DNA of 37,487 bases from an uncultured Acidobacteriaceae bacterium (GCA_964245535.1 CAXTNA010000004.1:1-37487); one strand, 5' to 3'. Positions 17,200-25,894 are shown, numbered from the stretch's first letter. Notes: generated from the letters alone by a model not told the origin. Program-made: numbers and translations.

Positions 17200-17437
17200 T
17201 ACAATCCAACGCGGTTCTCATCACCTTCTGAGCCCGATCGCCGCAATAGTCACTGTCATTCGGAAGGACTGTCCACGCCGTTACGCCTGTACTCGCATGT
17301 ATGTCGTCCTTCCACGAAAATTTGACGCCTTTCTATGGATTCAGGCTTACGTCCAGGTGCTCGGCATACCAGGCAGCCAAGCGTTTCGGATCGCCTGATC
17401 GAAGAGAAACTCCGCCGATGTCCGTTACTTTCGCCGC
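17200..17437 (-). pseudogene. Decayed glyoxalase/VOC-family gene
   Basis: Manual minus-strand translation from 17434: AKVTDIGGVSLRSGDPKRLAAWYAEHLDVSLNP*KGVKFSWKDDIHASTGVTAWTVLPNDSDYCGDRAQKVM. No start codon, in-frame TAG at 17335-17333, and the C-terminal half is missing. Confidence 0.75.
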
Positions 17438-17463
17438 TCTTTAGCCCTCTAGGCTCAGTGTTG

Positions 17464-18327
17464 TTACTTCTTTGTCAAAGGCCGGTCCGGATCAAAAAGA
17501 TCCGCGGCCATCGGCAAGTGGTATTGCACCTTGGTTAGAAAACGCTGGCCCACCATATCGCCATTCCGATACCGCGTGATGGTTAGTGCGGTCATCACGC
17601 CTTCCACTCTCTGCCAATCATCGTAGCGTTCCACATCAAGGTCTAGATCCTTATAGAGCGGATTCCGCCATTGGAACGTACGGCTCCGCGGTAGGTGCGA
17701 TGTTTGATCGAGGCCCAGCGTGATCCCGTCATTGTCCGCCGTTAGGATGCTTACCTTATCGACCAGGTGACGGTCGTCCATCTCCGTTCCCTCATACGTG
17801 ACCAGCGTTCCCGGCCGCTTCATCCAATCGCGCACCACAACATCCAGCGAGTGCCGGCGACGACGCTCGAAGTCTTCCACGTCGATCTTCGGCAATTCCT
17901 TGCGCCCGTGATAATTCACCTCATAGCCGTTCTCCGGCGTCCACACTTCCGCGACATCACGCTTCGTTGTGGGGATGAACACGCCCTGTTTGGAGACAAT
18001 CACCACGCGCTCTCCAAAGGGCTCCAGCCGCAGATACTCTTCGAACTGCGACTCGTACGGATTCGGTAATCCCTTGTAGAACGTCGCTCCCCGGCCTTCC
18101 AGCCGCTCCGTGTCACGGGCTAACCAGGCGTCGCCCCCCAGTGCAGCTACCATCGCATCCATCAACTTGCGGCCGCGCGCCGTTTCATCGCCGGGCGGGG
18201 CTGTTTGCGCGCTGGGCAGAGCCGAGGCTTGGGCTTCCAGCTTTGGCGCGGCACCCAGAGCCATGGCAACGGTAAGCCACACTGCGCTCCATCGTCCGAC
18301 CCGTCCAACTTCGCTGCTCTTCGTCAT
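17464..18327 (-). CDS. Secreted hypothetical protein, predicted beta-rich
   Basis: Signal peptide and the GRKLMDAMVAALGGDAWL helix motif. Ends in a run of beta strands and ..DLFDP. Possibly a LolA-like fold, unverified. Confidence 0.7.
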   Translation of the reverse strand: MTKSSEVGRVGRWSAVWLTVAMALGAAPKLEAQASALPSAQTAPPGDETARGRKLMDAMVAALGGDAWLARDTERLEGRGATFYKGLPNPYESQFEEYLRLEPFGERVVIVSKQGVFIPTTKRDVAEVWTPENGYEVNYHGRKELPKIDVEDFERRRRHSLDVVVRDWMKRPGTLVTYEGTEMDDRHLVDKVSILTADNDGITLGLDQTSHLPRSRTFQWRNPLYKDLDLDVERYDDWQRVEGVMTALTITRYRNGDMVGQRFLTKVQYHLPMAADLFDPDRPLTKK

Positions 18328-18477
18328 CTCACGCTCATCTTCAATTCCACTTCGGTTCCACGCTGATCGTTTCGCAATGCCATGGGGCTCTCGCCATGGC
18401 GCCTTCCTCATTCATTCTTTCCTTATTGCCGCGGGAATCTACCCCAGCCTTTTGCGCTTATGCAAAGCCTTTCGCAC

Positions 18478-19320
18478 CTACCCAACCAACACCGCGCCGC
18501 CATTTACATTCCAAATCTCGCCGGAAACAAACCCTGCCCAGGGCGAGCAAAGAAAGACAATGGGCCCGGCAATCTCTTCCGGCTCTGCGGCGCGACCCAG
18601 CGGAATCAGGCTCAACGCTTTCTTAGACGCGAGCGGGTCTGCCAGCGTACTTTCAGCCATCTCGGTACGGACCCACCCCGGGGCGATACAGTTGCACAGG
18701 ATGCCCTGCGGCCCGAGTTCACTCGATAGGCTCTTCGTCAGGCTGAGCAACGCCCCCTTGCTGGCGGCATAGTCTGCATGGAAGGCCTCTCCTCGCTGGG
18801 CCGCCGTTGAAGCAATCAGCACGATGTGCCCCTTGATCTGCCTCGGTTTTGGCGCCACTCGCTCGCCGGTCTCACCTTCCCGGCGACCAGAGGTGGGTTC
18901 AGCCGTGCCTCCCTTACTCCGGAGCATGTGCCGTACGCCGGCGCGCACCAGGCCGAAGACACTGTGGAGATTGACCCCTACCGTTTCGTCCCATTGGGTA
19001 TCGCTCATTGTGGCAACCGGTTGGTCATGCGGCGGCCAGATACCATGGTTGACGATCAGAATGTCCAGCTGCCCAAATACCGCGACCGCCGCTGCAATCA
19101 GCATCTCTCCTTGCGCGGCAGAGCACAGATCCTGCGGGATAGCCTGACAAAATGCCGCTCCCCCGCATTCGTCGACCAATGCGTGCGCCCGGCCGGCAGC
19201 AGACTTATAGCTGAACACCACACGGGCTCCCGCTTCGCGCAGAAGACGAACAGTCGCTGCGCCAATACCGCGCGAACCGCCTGTCACCAGTGCTACCTTC
19301 CCTTCAAGGGAAATCTTCAT
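18478..19320 (-). CDS. Short-chain dehydrogenase/reductase (FabG-like)
   Basis: VALVTGGSRGIG, YAASK, NCIAPGWVRTEM, GEIWNVNGG. Confidence 0.93.
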   Translation of the reverse strand: MKISLEGKVALVTGGSRGIGAATVRLLREAGARVVFSYKSAAGRAHALVDECGGAAFCQAIPQDLCSAAQGEMLIAAAVAVFGQLDILIVNHGIWPPHDQPVATMSDTQWDETVGVNLHSVFGLVRAGVRHMLRSKGGTAEPTSGRREGETGERVAPKPRQIKGHIVLIASTAAQRGEAFHADYAASKGALLSLTKSLSSELGPQGILCNCIAPGWVRTEMAESTLADPLASKKALSLIPLGRAAEPEEIAGPIVFLCSPWAGFVSGEIWNVNGGAVLVG

Positions 19321-19414
19321 TTCCCTATCCTAAAGGCTTGCGTATGCGGTAGGTTCCGGCTCTCCCAGAGACCAACCTTCCGCATACGCGTTCACACCGA
19401 GGCGACCGGCTAGC

Positions 19415-19870
19415 TTACCTCTGGTGATCGTGGTCGCCATGGGAAGCTTCATATCCACCATGGAACCCTTCGTGGTGACCTTCACCATAGGGTCCGTGGA
19501 AGTCATTCCCATGGAAGTTCTGAAAATGGTCGGCCGGCTCACGGTAACCGCCATGCCCCGGATAGTCGCCGTGATAGCCATAGCGTGGGTCGTAGTCGTG
19601 GTTTACCGGACCATAGTAGCCACGGCCGCCGTGGTACCAGGGACCTGCTCCGATAAAGATGCCATTGGTGAACCATTGCGGGCCATAGTAGCCATAGGGC
19701 GCGCAATTGTAGGGGGCGTAGCCGTAGTAACCGTAAGGGCATACCGGCGCTGGGCCCCCGATGTTCACCCCAAACGTGACCTGCGCCTTTGCATGAACCG
19801 GCGCAGCCAACATAAACCCGACAGTAGCCACTCCCCCAAAAAGAACTTTCTTCAACGAGCCAATATGCAT
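19415..19870 (-). CDS. Secreted Gly/Tyr/Pro/His-rich hypothetical protein
   Basis: SD GAGGTG before ATG 19870. Signal peptide ending AKA-Q, a PVCPYGYYGYAPYNCAPYGYYGPQWF motif, and a His-rich tail. Confidence 0.75.
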   Translation of the reverse strand: MHIGSLKKVLFGGVATVGFMLAAPVHAKAQVTFGVNIGGPAPVCPYGYYGYAPYNCAPYGYYGPQWFTNGIFIGAGPWYHGGRGYYGPVNHDYDPRYGYHGDYPGHGGYREPADHFQNFHGNDFHGPYGEGHHEGFHGGYEASHGDHDHQR

Positions 19871-19944
19871 TGTGAACACCTCATCTGCTATGAAGGCGGT
19901 TTTTGTCTGAAAGTTGCGTATCCTTCCCTGCCACAAATGGGTCA

Positions 19945-20886
19945 TTACGCTCGTGACCGGCTGGCTTGTGACCGTCGAGTGCGCTTTGGCGGCACCGGTT
20001 TTTTCAGCTGTGCCGCCTCCGGCCGTTCCCGCTTGCGTTCCACCTTTTTGCCGGCCGCTGCCCGACTCAGCGCCTGCACCTCACCGGTGGTCAGCTCACG
20101 AAACGCCCCCGGCGGCACGTCCAGCGTAAGCGCTCCATAAGCGATGCGCCGGATTTTCTCGACATGATGACCTATTTCCTCGAACATCTTTCGCAGCTGG
20201 CGGTTGCGGCCTTCCGTGAGCGTTAATTCAAACCATGGATTGTCACCACCGCGCACCTGCTCCACCTTTGCCGGCTGCGTCAGGATGCGATCACGGCGGC
20301 CGGACCTCACCTCGTCCAGCCTGCCACGGTCGATCATTACCCCGCGCCGCAACTGATCGAGGGCTTCGTCTGTGGGCTTGCCCGCGACCTTCACCAAATA
20401 CGTCTTTTCTACCCCGGCACTCGCCTTCGAAAGCCGGTTGGCAAGCTCCCCATCATTGGTCATCAGTAGCAAACCTTCGCTTAGATAATCAAGACGACCA
20501 ACGGGATAAAGCCGCGGCAAGCGCTTGTGCTCGCCCGTGACTTTTTTCTGCGACTCCTGCCCGAGCAGCTGCGATACCGTCGGCCGGCCTTCGGGATCGT
20601 CAAGCGTGGTTACGTAGCCGCGCGGTTTGTTCAGCATGTAATACCGCTGCGGCTCCGGGCCCGGCAGCAGCTTGCCATCCACGCGGATGTAATCGCGATG
20701 GGGGTCGGCGCGCGTGCCCAACTCAGTTACCACCTCGCCGTTCACCTGAACCCGGCCTTCAGTGATGATCGCCTCAGCAGCACGGCGGCTCGCAATCCCT
20801 GCTTGCGCGAGAATTTTCTGCAGGCGCTCGCCGCGGGCGGCCTCCTGGTCTTCCCGGGGAGTCTGCGTCTTTTGCGGAATCGTCAT
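19945..20886 (-). CDS. rluB: 23S rRNA pseudouridine synthase (RluB/RsuA family)
   Basis: S4 domain ERLQKILAQAGIASRR, then LNKPRGYVTT, YPVGRLDYLSEGLLLMTNDG, EGRNRQLRKM. Confidence 0.9.
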   Translation of the reverse strand: MTIPQKTQTPREDQEAARGERLQKILAQAGIASRRAAEAIITEGRVQVNGEVVTELGTRADPHRDYIRVDGKLLPGPEPQRYYMLNKPRGYVTTLDDPEGRPTVSQLLGQESQKKVTGEHKRLPRLYPVGRLDYLSEGLLLMTNDGELANRLSKASAGVEKTYLVKVAGKPTDEALDQLRRGVMIDRGRLDEVRSGRRDRILTQPAKVEQVRGGDNPWFELTLTEGRNRQLRKMFEEIGHHVEKIRRIAYGALTLDVPPGAFRELTTGEVQALSRAAAGKKVERKRERPEAAQLKKPVPPKRTRRSQASRSRA

Positions 20887-20982
20887 ACCCAAGCTTCGCA
20901 TGAGAAGCCCTCTTGCCTTCACGAAGAGCTGGCGCGCCCATGGGCAATCTTCGCAGGAACCAAGTTTTCGCCCACAAAAGCG

Positions 20983-21013
20983 AAAACACCTCGGGGTTAC
21001 AGGCCCCGAGGTG
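20983..21013 (-). terminator. Intrinsic terminator, minus strand
   Basis: Perfect 10-bp stem CACCTCGGGG/CCCCGAGGTG, followed on the minus strand by TTTTCGCTTTTG. Confidence 0.85.
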
Positions 21014-21040
21014 ATCTCGACGTGAAGGAGGTGAGGCTTG

Positions 21041-21207
21041 ATGCGACCCTTGTGGGTTCGCTACAAGCGGTTTTCATTGCAGGTACCAGGAGAAGTCATT
21101 CTCTTCCTGCTAATGAAGGCTTGTGAGGTGCTGCTGCATTTGGTGCCGCTCTATAAAATCCAGCTAACCACAAGGCCTCTGCGCGGTCGCCACCGTGCAG
21201 GGGCTTT
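21041..21207 (+). CDS. Putative small hydrophobic peptide ORF (type I toxin-like); no in-frame stop before the terminator
   Basis: AAGGAGGT SD 8 nt before ATG 21041; reads MRPLWVRYKRFSLQVPGEVILFLLMKACEVLLHLVPLYK... End coordinate is set at the plus-strand terminator; formally the frame continues to 21643, antisense to lipA. Confidence 0.45.
21172..21207 (+). terminator. Putative intrinsic terminator, plus strand
   Basis: AAGGCCTCTGCGCGGT-CGCC-ACCGTGCAGGGGCTTT is fully paired on the plus strand using G-U wobbles; the U tail is short. Confidence 0.6.
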
Positions 21208-21247
21208 AACGTATGCACAGGTGACCGGTTCACCTATACATGACTTA

Positions 21248-21276
21248 AGCTTGTGCGAACCGCCACTGAAAGTCAA
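21248..21276 (-). promoter_or_regulatory. Putative sigma-70 promoter for the antisense RNA
   Basis: TTGACT-17 nt-CAAGCT on the minus strand; the predicted +1 (~21241) coincides with the base of the 5' hairpin. Confidence 0.5.
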
Positions 21277-21334
21277 CGGTACTATCGTGCACCCTCAGGG
21301 GCCTTGCCTACACCCGAAGTTGTTCAGGCCACAC

Positions 21335-22264
21335 CTACGCCAAGCCCGTCGACTGTGCCTGCTCCTGCGCGTGGTAGCTCGACCGCACCAGCGGCCCGGA
21401 CTCCACATGCCGGAAACCCCTCGCCAGCGCTTCATGCTTCAAGAACGCAAACTCCTCCGGTGTGTAGAACCGCGACATCGGCAGATGATCCCGCGAAGGC
21501 CTCAGGTATTGTCCTATGGTCAGGATGTCGACTTTGCGATCGGCCAAATCGCGAAAAACCCCGAGCAGCTCATGCATCTCCTCGCCCATGCCGACGATGA
21601 TGCCAGTCTTCGTCACCAGCGGCCCCTGCGCATGCGTCGCTGAATCTTCCTTTGCGGCTTCGAGAAAGCGCAACGAACGCTCGTACCGCCCACCGGATTT
21701 CGCCACCCGGTACAGGCGCGGCACGGTTTCGATATTGTGGTTCAGGATTTCCGGCCGCGCGTCCACCACCATCCTTCGTGCCGCATCCACACCCTGAAAA
21801 TCCGGCGTCAATACCTCCACCTGGCATCCGGGCGCCTGACGGCGTATCTCGCGGATCACATTCACAAAAGCAGCCGCCGCCCCCAGATTGTCGTCATCGC
21901 GATTCACACTGGTAATCACGGCATGCTTCAGCCCTAATGAAGCGACCGCAAAAGCCACACGCCCGGGCTCACCATGGTCGATGGGCTCCGGTCGGCCTTT
22001 GGGCACGGCGCAAAATCCGCAACGCCGCGTGCACAAATTGCCAAGCATCATGAAAGTCGCGGTTTTGCCGTTCCAGCACTCGCCGATATTGGGGCAGTGC
22101 GCACTTTCGCACACTGTATGCAATTTCAGATCGCGCGCAAGCTTTTTCAGCGCATGGAAGGTCTCGCCTCCCGGTGCCCGCGCCTTTAGCCATGCCGGTT
22201 TTGCGACCGGCTTGCGCGGAGAAAGGTCGATCTGCACGAGAGGCTCAGTGACAAGCGGCGCCAT
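21335..22264 (-). CDS. lipA: Lipoyl synthase
   Basis: CESAHCPNIGEC, CTRRCGFC, NHNIETVPRL, LTIGQYLRPS, SGPLVRSSYHA. ATG 22264 lies 7 nt after TACAAT. Confidence 0.98.
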   Translation of the reverse strand: MAPLVTEPLVQIDLSPRKPVAKPAWLKARAPGGETFHALKKLARDLKLHTVCESAHCPNIGECWNGKTATFMMLGNLCTRRCGFCAVPKGRPEPIDHGEPGRVAFAVASLGLKHAVITSVNRDDDNLGAAAAFVNVIREIRRQAPGCQVEVLTPDFQGVDAARRMVVDARPEILNHNIETVPRLYRVAKSGGRYERSLRFLEAAKEDSATHAQGPLVTKTGIIVGMGEEMHELLGVFRDLADRKVDILTIGQYLRPSRDHLPMSRFYTPEEFAFLKHEALARGFRHVESGPLVRSSYHAQEQAQSTGLA

Positions 22265-22294
22265 GGCTTCCATTGTAGCTTTATCTCGAAAGCC

Positions 22295-22741
22295 TCACCG
22301 GAGCCGCTCCCTCACCTCGGGCCGGCTGAGATACAGAAAAAAGCATAGCGCGAAAAGCCCCTGAATGACATAGGGTGCATGGTGCACACGATGAAAGCCG
22401 TAGAAATATCCTGCCGCCATCAGCAGACAGCCGGCCGTAGCGACTGCCCAACCCCAGCGGCGCAAGCGCAAAAGGCCGAAGACACCAAAGGTCATCAGCG
22501 TGCAGATACCCAGGATGGAATACTTGGCCGGACCCGCGCCGAAGGTATTGCGCAGGGCGGCAAAGACATTCATCAGCGCCAGGAGCAGAAGATACATCCC
22601 GATCATCGCCATGCCGGGCAGCATGCCGCGGGCTTCCCCCGCCGGCACCCCCGGCAGTCGACGGACGCCAAATGCGGTATCCGTCGCGGGGGCAGCATTT
22701 GGATCCACGAAGCGACTCGGATTGTTCGATTCTTCCGTCAT
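22295..22741 (-). CDS. Hypothetical membrane protein (4 predicted TM helices)
   Basis: Four hydrophobic stretches, RLRRWGW loop, C-terminal YLSRPEVRERLR. SD GAAGGA before ATG 22741. Confidence 0.75.
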   Translation of the reverse strand: MTEESNNPSRFVDPNAAPATDTAFGVRRLPGVPAGEARGMLPGMAMIGMYLLLLALMNVFAALRNTFGAGPAKYSILGICTLMTFGVFGLLRLRRWGWAVATAGCLLMAAGYFYGFHRVHHAPYVIQGLFALCFFLYLSRPEVRERLR

Positions 22742-22812
22742 ATCTTCCTTCCGCACGGACGCCGCATTGTGTCATGTAGTGGACCGCGCCATCTCAACCC
22801 TGCAGACGGCTC

Positions 22813-23169
22813 CTACACCGTATGCAGGTAGGCCAGCAGCGCCGCCAGGCTTTCCGGATCGATATTGCCCTGTGCCGGCATCAGCCCGCGGCCGTGCAGG
22901 ATGGTCGCCGTGACGCGCTCGTCATTGGCCGGCGCGCCTGAAGGCAGGTAGGGCTTTTGAAATACGCCCACCAGTGCCGGGCCGTTCTTCGCTTGATCGA
23001 CTCGCTCATAGTGGCAAACAGCACAGCGCGCCTGGAACACCGCATGACCCTCGCTTTGCTGGGCGTTTAACTCGCCAATCGGCGTGGGCGGCGCAAGATG
23101 ATGGCAGCCGGCGAGCAGCATAAGGGACGCAAGGCCGCACAACGCAGGGAAACGGTCAAGCCTCCTCAC
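22813..23169 (-). CDS. Monoheme cytochrome c lipoprotein
   Basis: Lipobox LLAGC, heme motif CAVCH, distal Met in GRGLMP. The GTG start overlaps the upstream stop. Confidence 0.9.
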   Translation of the reverse strand: MRRLDRFPALCGLASLMLLAGCHHLAPPTPIGELNAQQSEGHAVFQARCAVCHYERVDQAKNGPALVGVFQKPYLPSGAPANDERVTATILHGRGLMPAQGNIDPESLAALLAYLHTV

Positions 23170-24215
23170 TTCGCCGCGTCCTTAAAGGTTTGTTCGGCAA
23201 GGAAATTTTGCACCTTGGCCTGATCGCGCAGAATTTCGAAGTAGGCGCTCTTCAGCAGCTGCGACCGGCTATCGTGGATTTGCTGGCGGATGGCCTGTTG
23301 CACGCGCGGATCATTCAGATCACGCTGCCCTGCCTGCGCCTTTTCGAGCAGCCGAAAGATAGCGTAGCCGCCGATTTTCTTAGGATCCGTCGGGTCAGGA
23401 AAGGGGATGATGTCCGTATCGCCACCCACCTTTAACGTGGAGATGGCCGCAAACAAAGCCGTGTTCGACCGCAGCTGCGACTCTGCAATCGAACCCATGT
23501 CACCGCCATTCGAAGCCGTTTGCGGGTTTTCCGAATAATTCATGGCCACGGTGCCGAAGTCGTCCCCCGCATCCAGTCGGTTCTTCAGTGCCTGAATCTT
23601 CTTGCGCGCGTCCGCGTCCGAGGCAGCCTTGGAGTTCTGCAGGTTGCCGGCGCTCGGTCCCGGGCTGGTCGTCACCACAATCTGGCCCAGGCTATAGCGG
23701 GTCTCCGGCAGGTTGAACTCGGCTTTGTGGGCGTTGTAATACGCGCTCACATCGGCGTCGGTTACCGTGATTTTGGAGTTGATCTCCTTGTTTAGCAGCT
23801 TGTTAAACGTGAGCGAACGCCGCAGGTCATGGCGCACATCCTCAAGCGTGTGGTTGGAGGCTTTTAGTCGCGCGTTGAACTGTTCTTCCGTGAACGGCGC
23901 CTTCATCTCCTGCAGCTTGGCATCCACCTCGGCATCGGTCGCAGTCAAGCCCAGCTTGGCGGCGCGCTGTTCAGCGATCTCTTCGTCAATCAATTCGCGC
24001 AGGATGTTCAGCTTTAACGAGCGCGACTGTTCCACCGTCGGCTGACCCTGCGGATTACTCTGCAACTGTGCGGCATAGCCCTTGTCCACCTCGGCCTGCG
24101 CAATGGCTTTGCCGTTCACCGTCGCGAGCACGCCGCTTTGCGCAGTCTTTTGGCAGCCGGCAAGCACCAGCGTGCTACTGAGCAAAAGAGCGGGTACGAA
24201 AACGGACTTGCGCAT
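23166..24215 (-). CDS. SurA/PrsA-like parvulin peptidyl-prolyl isomerase lipoprotein
   Basis: Lipobox LAGC; SurA N-domain (LATVNGKAI...ILRELIDEE); rotamase motif GDDFGTVAMNYSE...SNGGDMG. ATG 24215 chosen. Confidence 0.9.
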   Translation of the reverse strand: MRKSVFVPALLLSSTLVLAGCQKTAQSGVLATVNGKAIAQAEVDKGYAAQLQSNPQGQPTVEQSRSLKLNILRELIDEEIAEQRAAKLGLTATDAEVDAKLQEMKAPFTEEQFNARLKASNHTLEDVRHDLRRSLTFNKLLNKEINSKITVTDADVSAYYNAHKAEFNLPETRYSLGQIVVTTSPGPSAGNLQNSKAASDADARKKIQALKNRLDAGDDFGTVAMNYSENPQTASNGGDMGSIAESQLRSNTALFAAISTLKVGGDTDIIPFPDPTDPKKIGGYAIFRLLEKAQAGQRDLNDPRVQQAIRQQIHDSRSQLLKSAYFEILRDQAKVQNFLAEQTFKDAAK

Positions 24216-24396
24216 GGAGTAATCCCTGAGGTGATGCTTTGAATCGAGCTTGGCGGTACTCGGCATGTCCAGACGTGATCCGTGAGCTGCGCACATTTGC
24301 GCACGCACTTTCAATCTTTAGTCTAACGAAAACTGCCGCGGGCCGCAGAGTCCGCTGGTCGCGCCTGGCATCCACGCGGCGGGCAAACCTGAAAGG

Positions 24397-25740
24397 TCAG
24401 GCATCAGCTGCTTTCGCTTGCCCCGGCGCCTGCAGCAGAAAGCACAATCCCGCCCCCACCAGCGCCAGGGCCGCAATGGTATATAACCCGCCTGCAAAGC
24501 CATGGGTGAGGTCGCGCAACCGGCCCGTGAGAAATGGGCCGAGAAAGCCGCCGATTCCGCCCACCATGGTAATGATCGCGACACCACCGGCAGCTGCCTG
24601 ACCGCCCAGCACCCGGGTCGGCAACGTCCAGAACGGACCCATGATGCTCCAATACCCCATGGCGGCCAGCGACAAAGCCGCGAGCGACATCCCGAAGCTG
24701 TGCGTGAGGCCTGCCCAGGTAAACCCGATTGCGCTCAAGATCAGACAACCCGCGATGTGCCCGCGTCGCTCCCCGGTGCGGTCGCTCGACCAGCCGATCA
24801 GTACCGTGAAGCATGCCGCCGCCACATACGGCAGCGTCGCGTAGCGCGCGATCTGGCTGGCAGCGCCCGCCGCCATCGCAGTGCCGGCCGCCCCGGCCCC
24901 AGTTCCCTGCACGCTATGGAGAATCAGCGGCATCCACAGATTGACCGTATACACCCCAATCTGATCGAGAAAGAAGATGCCCGCCAAGACCCACACCATC
25001 GGTGTGCGAAAGGCGTCGCCGAGCGAATGCCGCTCCGTCGCGCCACCGGCCTTGCGGTCCTTCTCAAGCTCCGCATCCAGCCACACCTTCTCGTCGGCTG
25101 TCAGCCAAGCGGCATCATCCGGCTTGTCTTTGAGCACAAAGAGCACGGAAATGCCCATCAGGAAGGTAGGAATTCCTTCCACTAGGAACAGCCATTGCCA
25201 GCCATGCAAACCGCTGCGGCCTTCAAGCTTCAAGAGTGCACTGGAGATGGGCGCGCCCACCACGCCCGCAATGGAGGTGGCGGTCATAAACTTCGCCACG
25301 GCGCGGGCCCGTTCGCGGGACGGAAACCAATACGTCAGGTACAGGATCATGCCCGGGAAAAAGCCGGCCTCCGCAACGCCGAGCAAAAAGCGCATCACCT
25401 CAAACGAGTGCCCGCCGCGCACAAACATCATCGCCGTCGCAATCAGACCCCACGAGATCATGATGCGCGCAATCCAATGCCGTGGACCGAACTTCGTCAG
25501 TGCCAGATTGCTTGGTAGATCGAACGACGACGAGCCGAGAAAGAACAGCCCCGCGCCCAGGCCATACACCGTGTCGCTAAGATGGAGGTCCCGTTTCATC
25601 TCCAATGCCGCAAAGCCCACGTTGACGCGATCAAGGTACGCGAGGATATACAGGAGGAAGATATATGGGATCAGCCGCCAGGCGATCTTTGAGAACACCT
25701 TGGCGCCGTCGACGGACGCGGCATTCGCTTGTGCGGACAT
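24397..25740 (-). CDS. MFS transporter (anion:cation symporter family)
   Basis: KIAWRLIP, AYLDRVNVGFA, LPSNL, RFLLGVAEAGFFPG..LYLTYWFP, GWQWLFLVEGIP, SDRTGERR. Confidence 0.93.
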   Translation of the reverse strand: MSAQANAASVDGAKVFSKIAWRLIPYIFLLYILAYLDRVNVGFAALEMKRDLHLSDTVYGLGAGLFFLGSSSFDLPSNLALTKFGPRHWIARIMISWGLIATAMMFVRGGHSFEVMRFLLGVAEAGFFPGMILYLTYWFPSRERARAVAKFMTATSIAGVVGAPISSALLKLEGRSGLHGWQWLFLVEGIPTFLMGISVLFVLKDKPDDAAWLTADEKVWLDAELEKDRKAGGATERHSLGDAFRTPMVWVLAGIFFLDQIGVYTVNLWMPLILHSVQGTGAGAAGTAMAAGAASQIARYATLPYVAAACFTVLIGWSSDRTGERRGHIAGCLILSAIGFTWAGLTHSFGMSLAALSLAAMGYWSIMGPFWTLPTRVLGGQAAAGGVAIITMVGGIGGFLGPFLTGRLRDLTHGFAGGLYTIAALALVGAGLCFLLQAPGQAKAADA

Positions 25741-25894
25741 TTGGAGATGGGATGCGGACGGGTGCGACGGGATGAAGAAAGTTTTTAGAGAGCCACCCTA
25801 TGGCAAGAACGTCGGCGACGGTCGCTGGCTTGCGATTGTATTTATTGCGTTATGAATCTTTTCGCGCCATCCTGAGCGATGCTAGGCTATCGCA

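Larger units (their letters stand above)
20983..21241 (-). ncRNA. Putative ~260-nt antisense/small RNA carrying an anti-SD motif
   Basis: Has its own promoter (21248-21276). The 5' 12-bp hairpin (21213-21241) has two wobbles that are G-U only on this strand. It contains CACCUCCUU and ends at the 20983-21013 terminator. Confidence 0.55.

Noticed and set aside
18830-18920. Low-complexity insertions in the SDR (and similar short ones in AKR, MurI and RluB) as inteins or mobile coding repeats
   Set aside because: Too short, no intein terminal motifs, and no shared DNA sequence or palindrome that I could detect.
21208-21643. Full 201-aa version of the ORF starting at 21038/21041
   Set aside because: Beyond the hairpin it crosses the antisense promoter and runs opposite lipA with shadow-like composition; only the 5' part has supporting signals.
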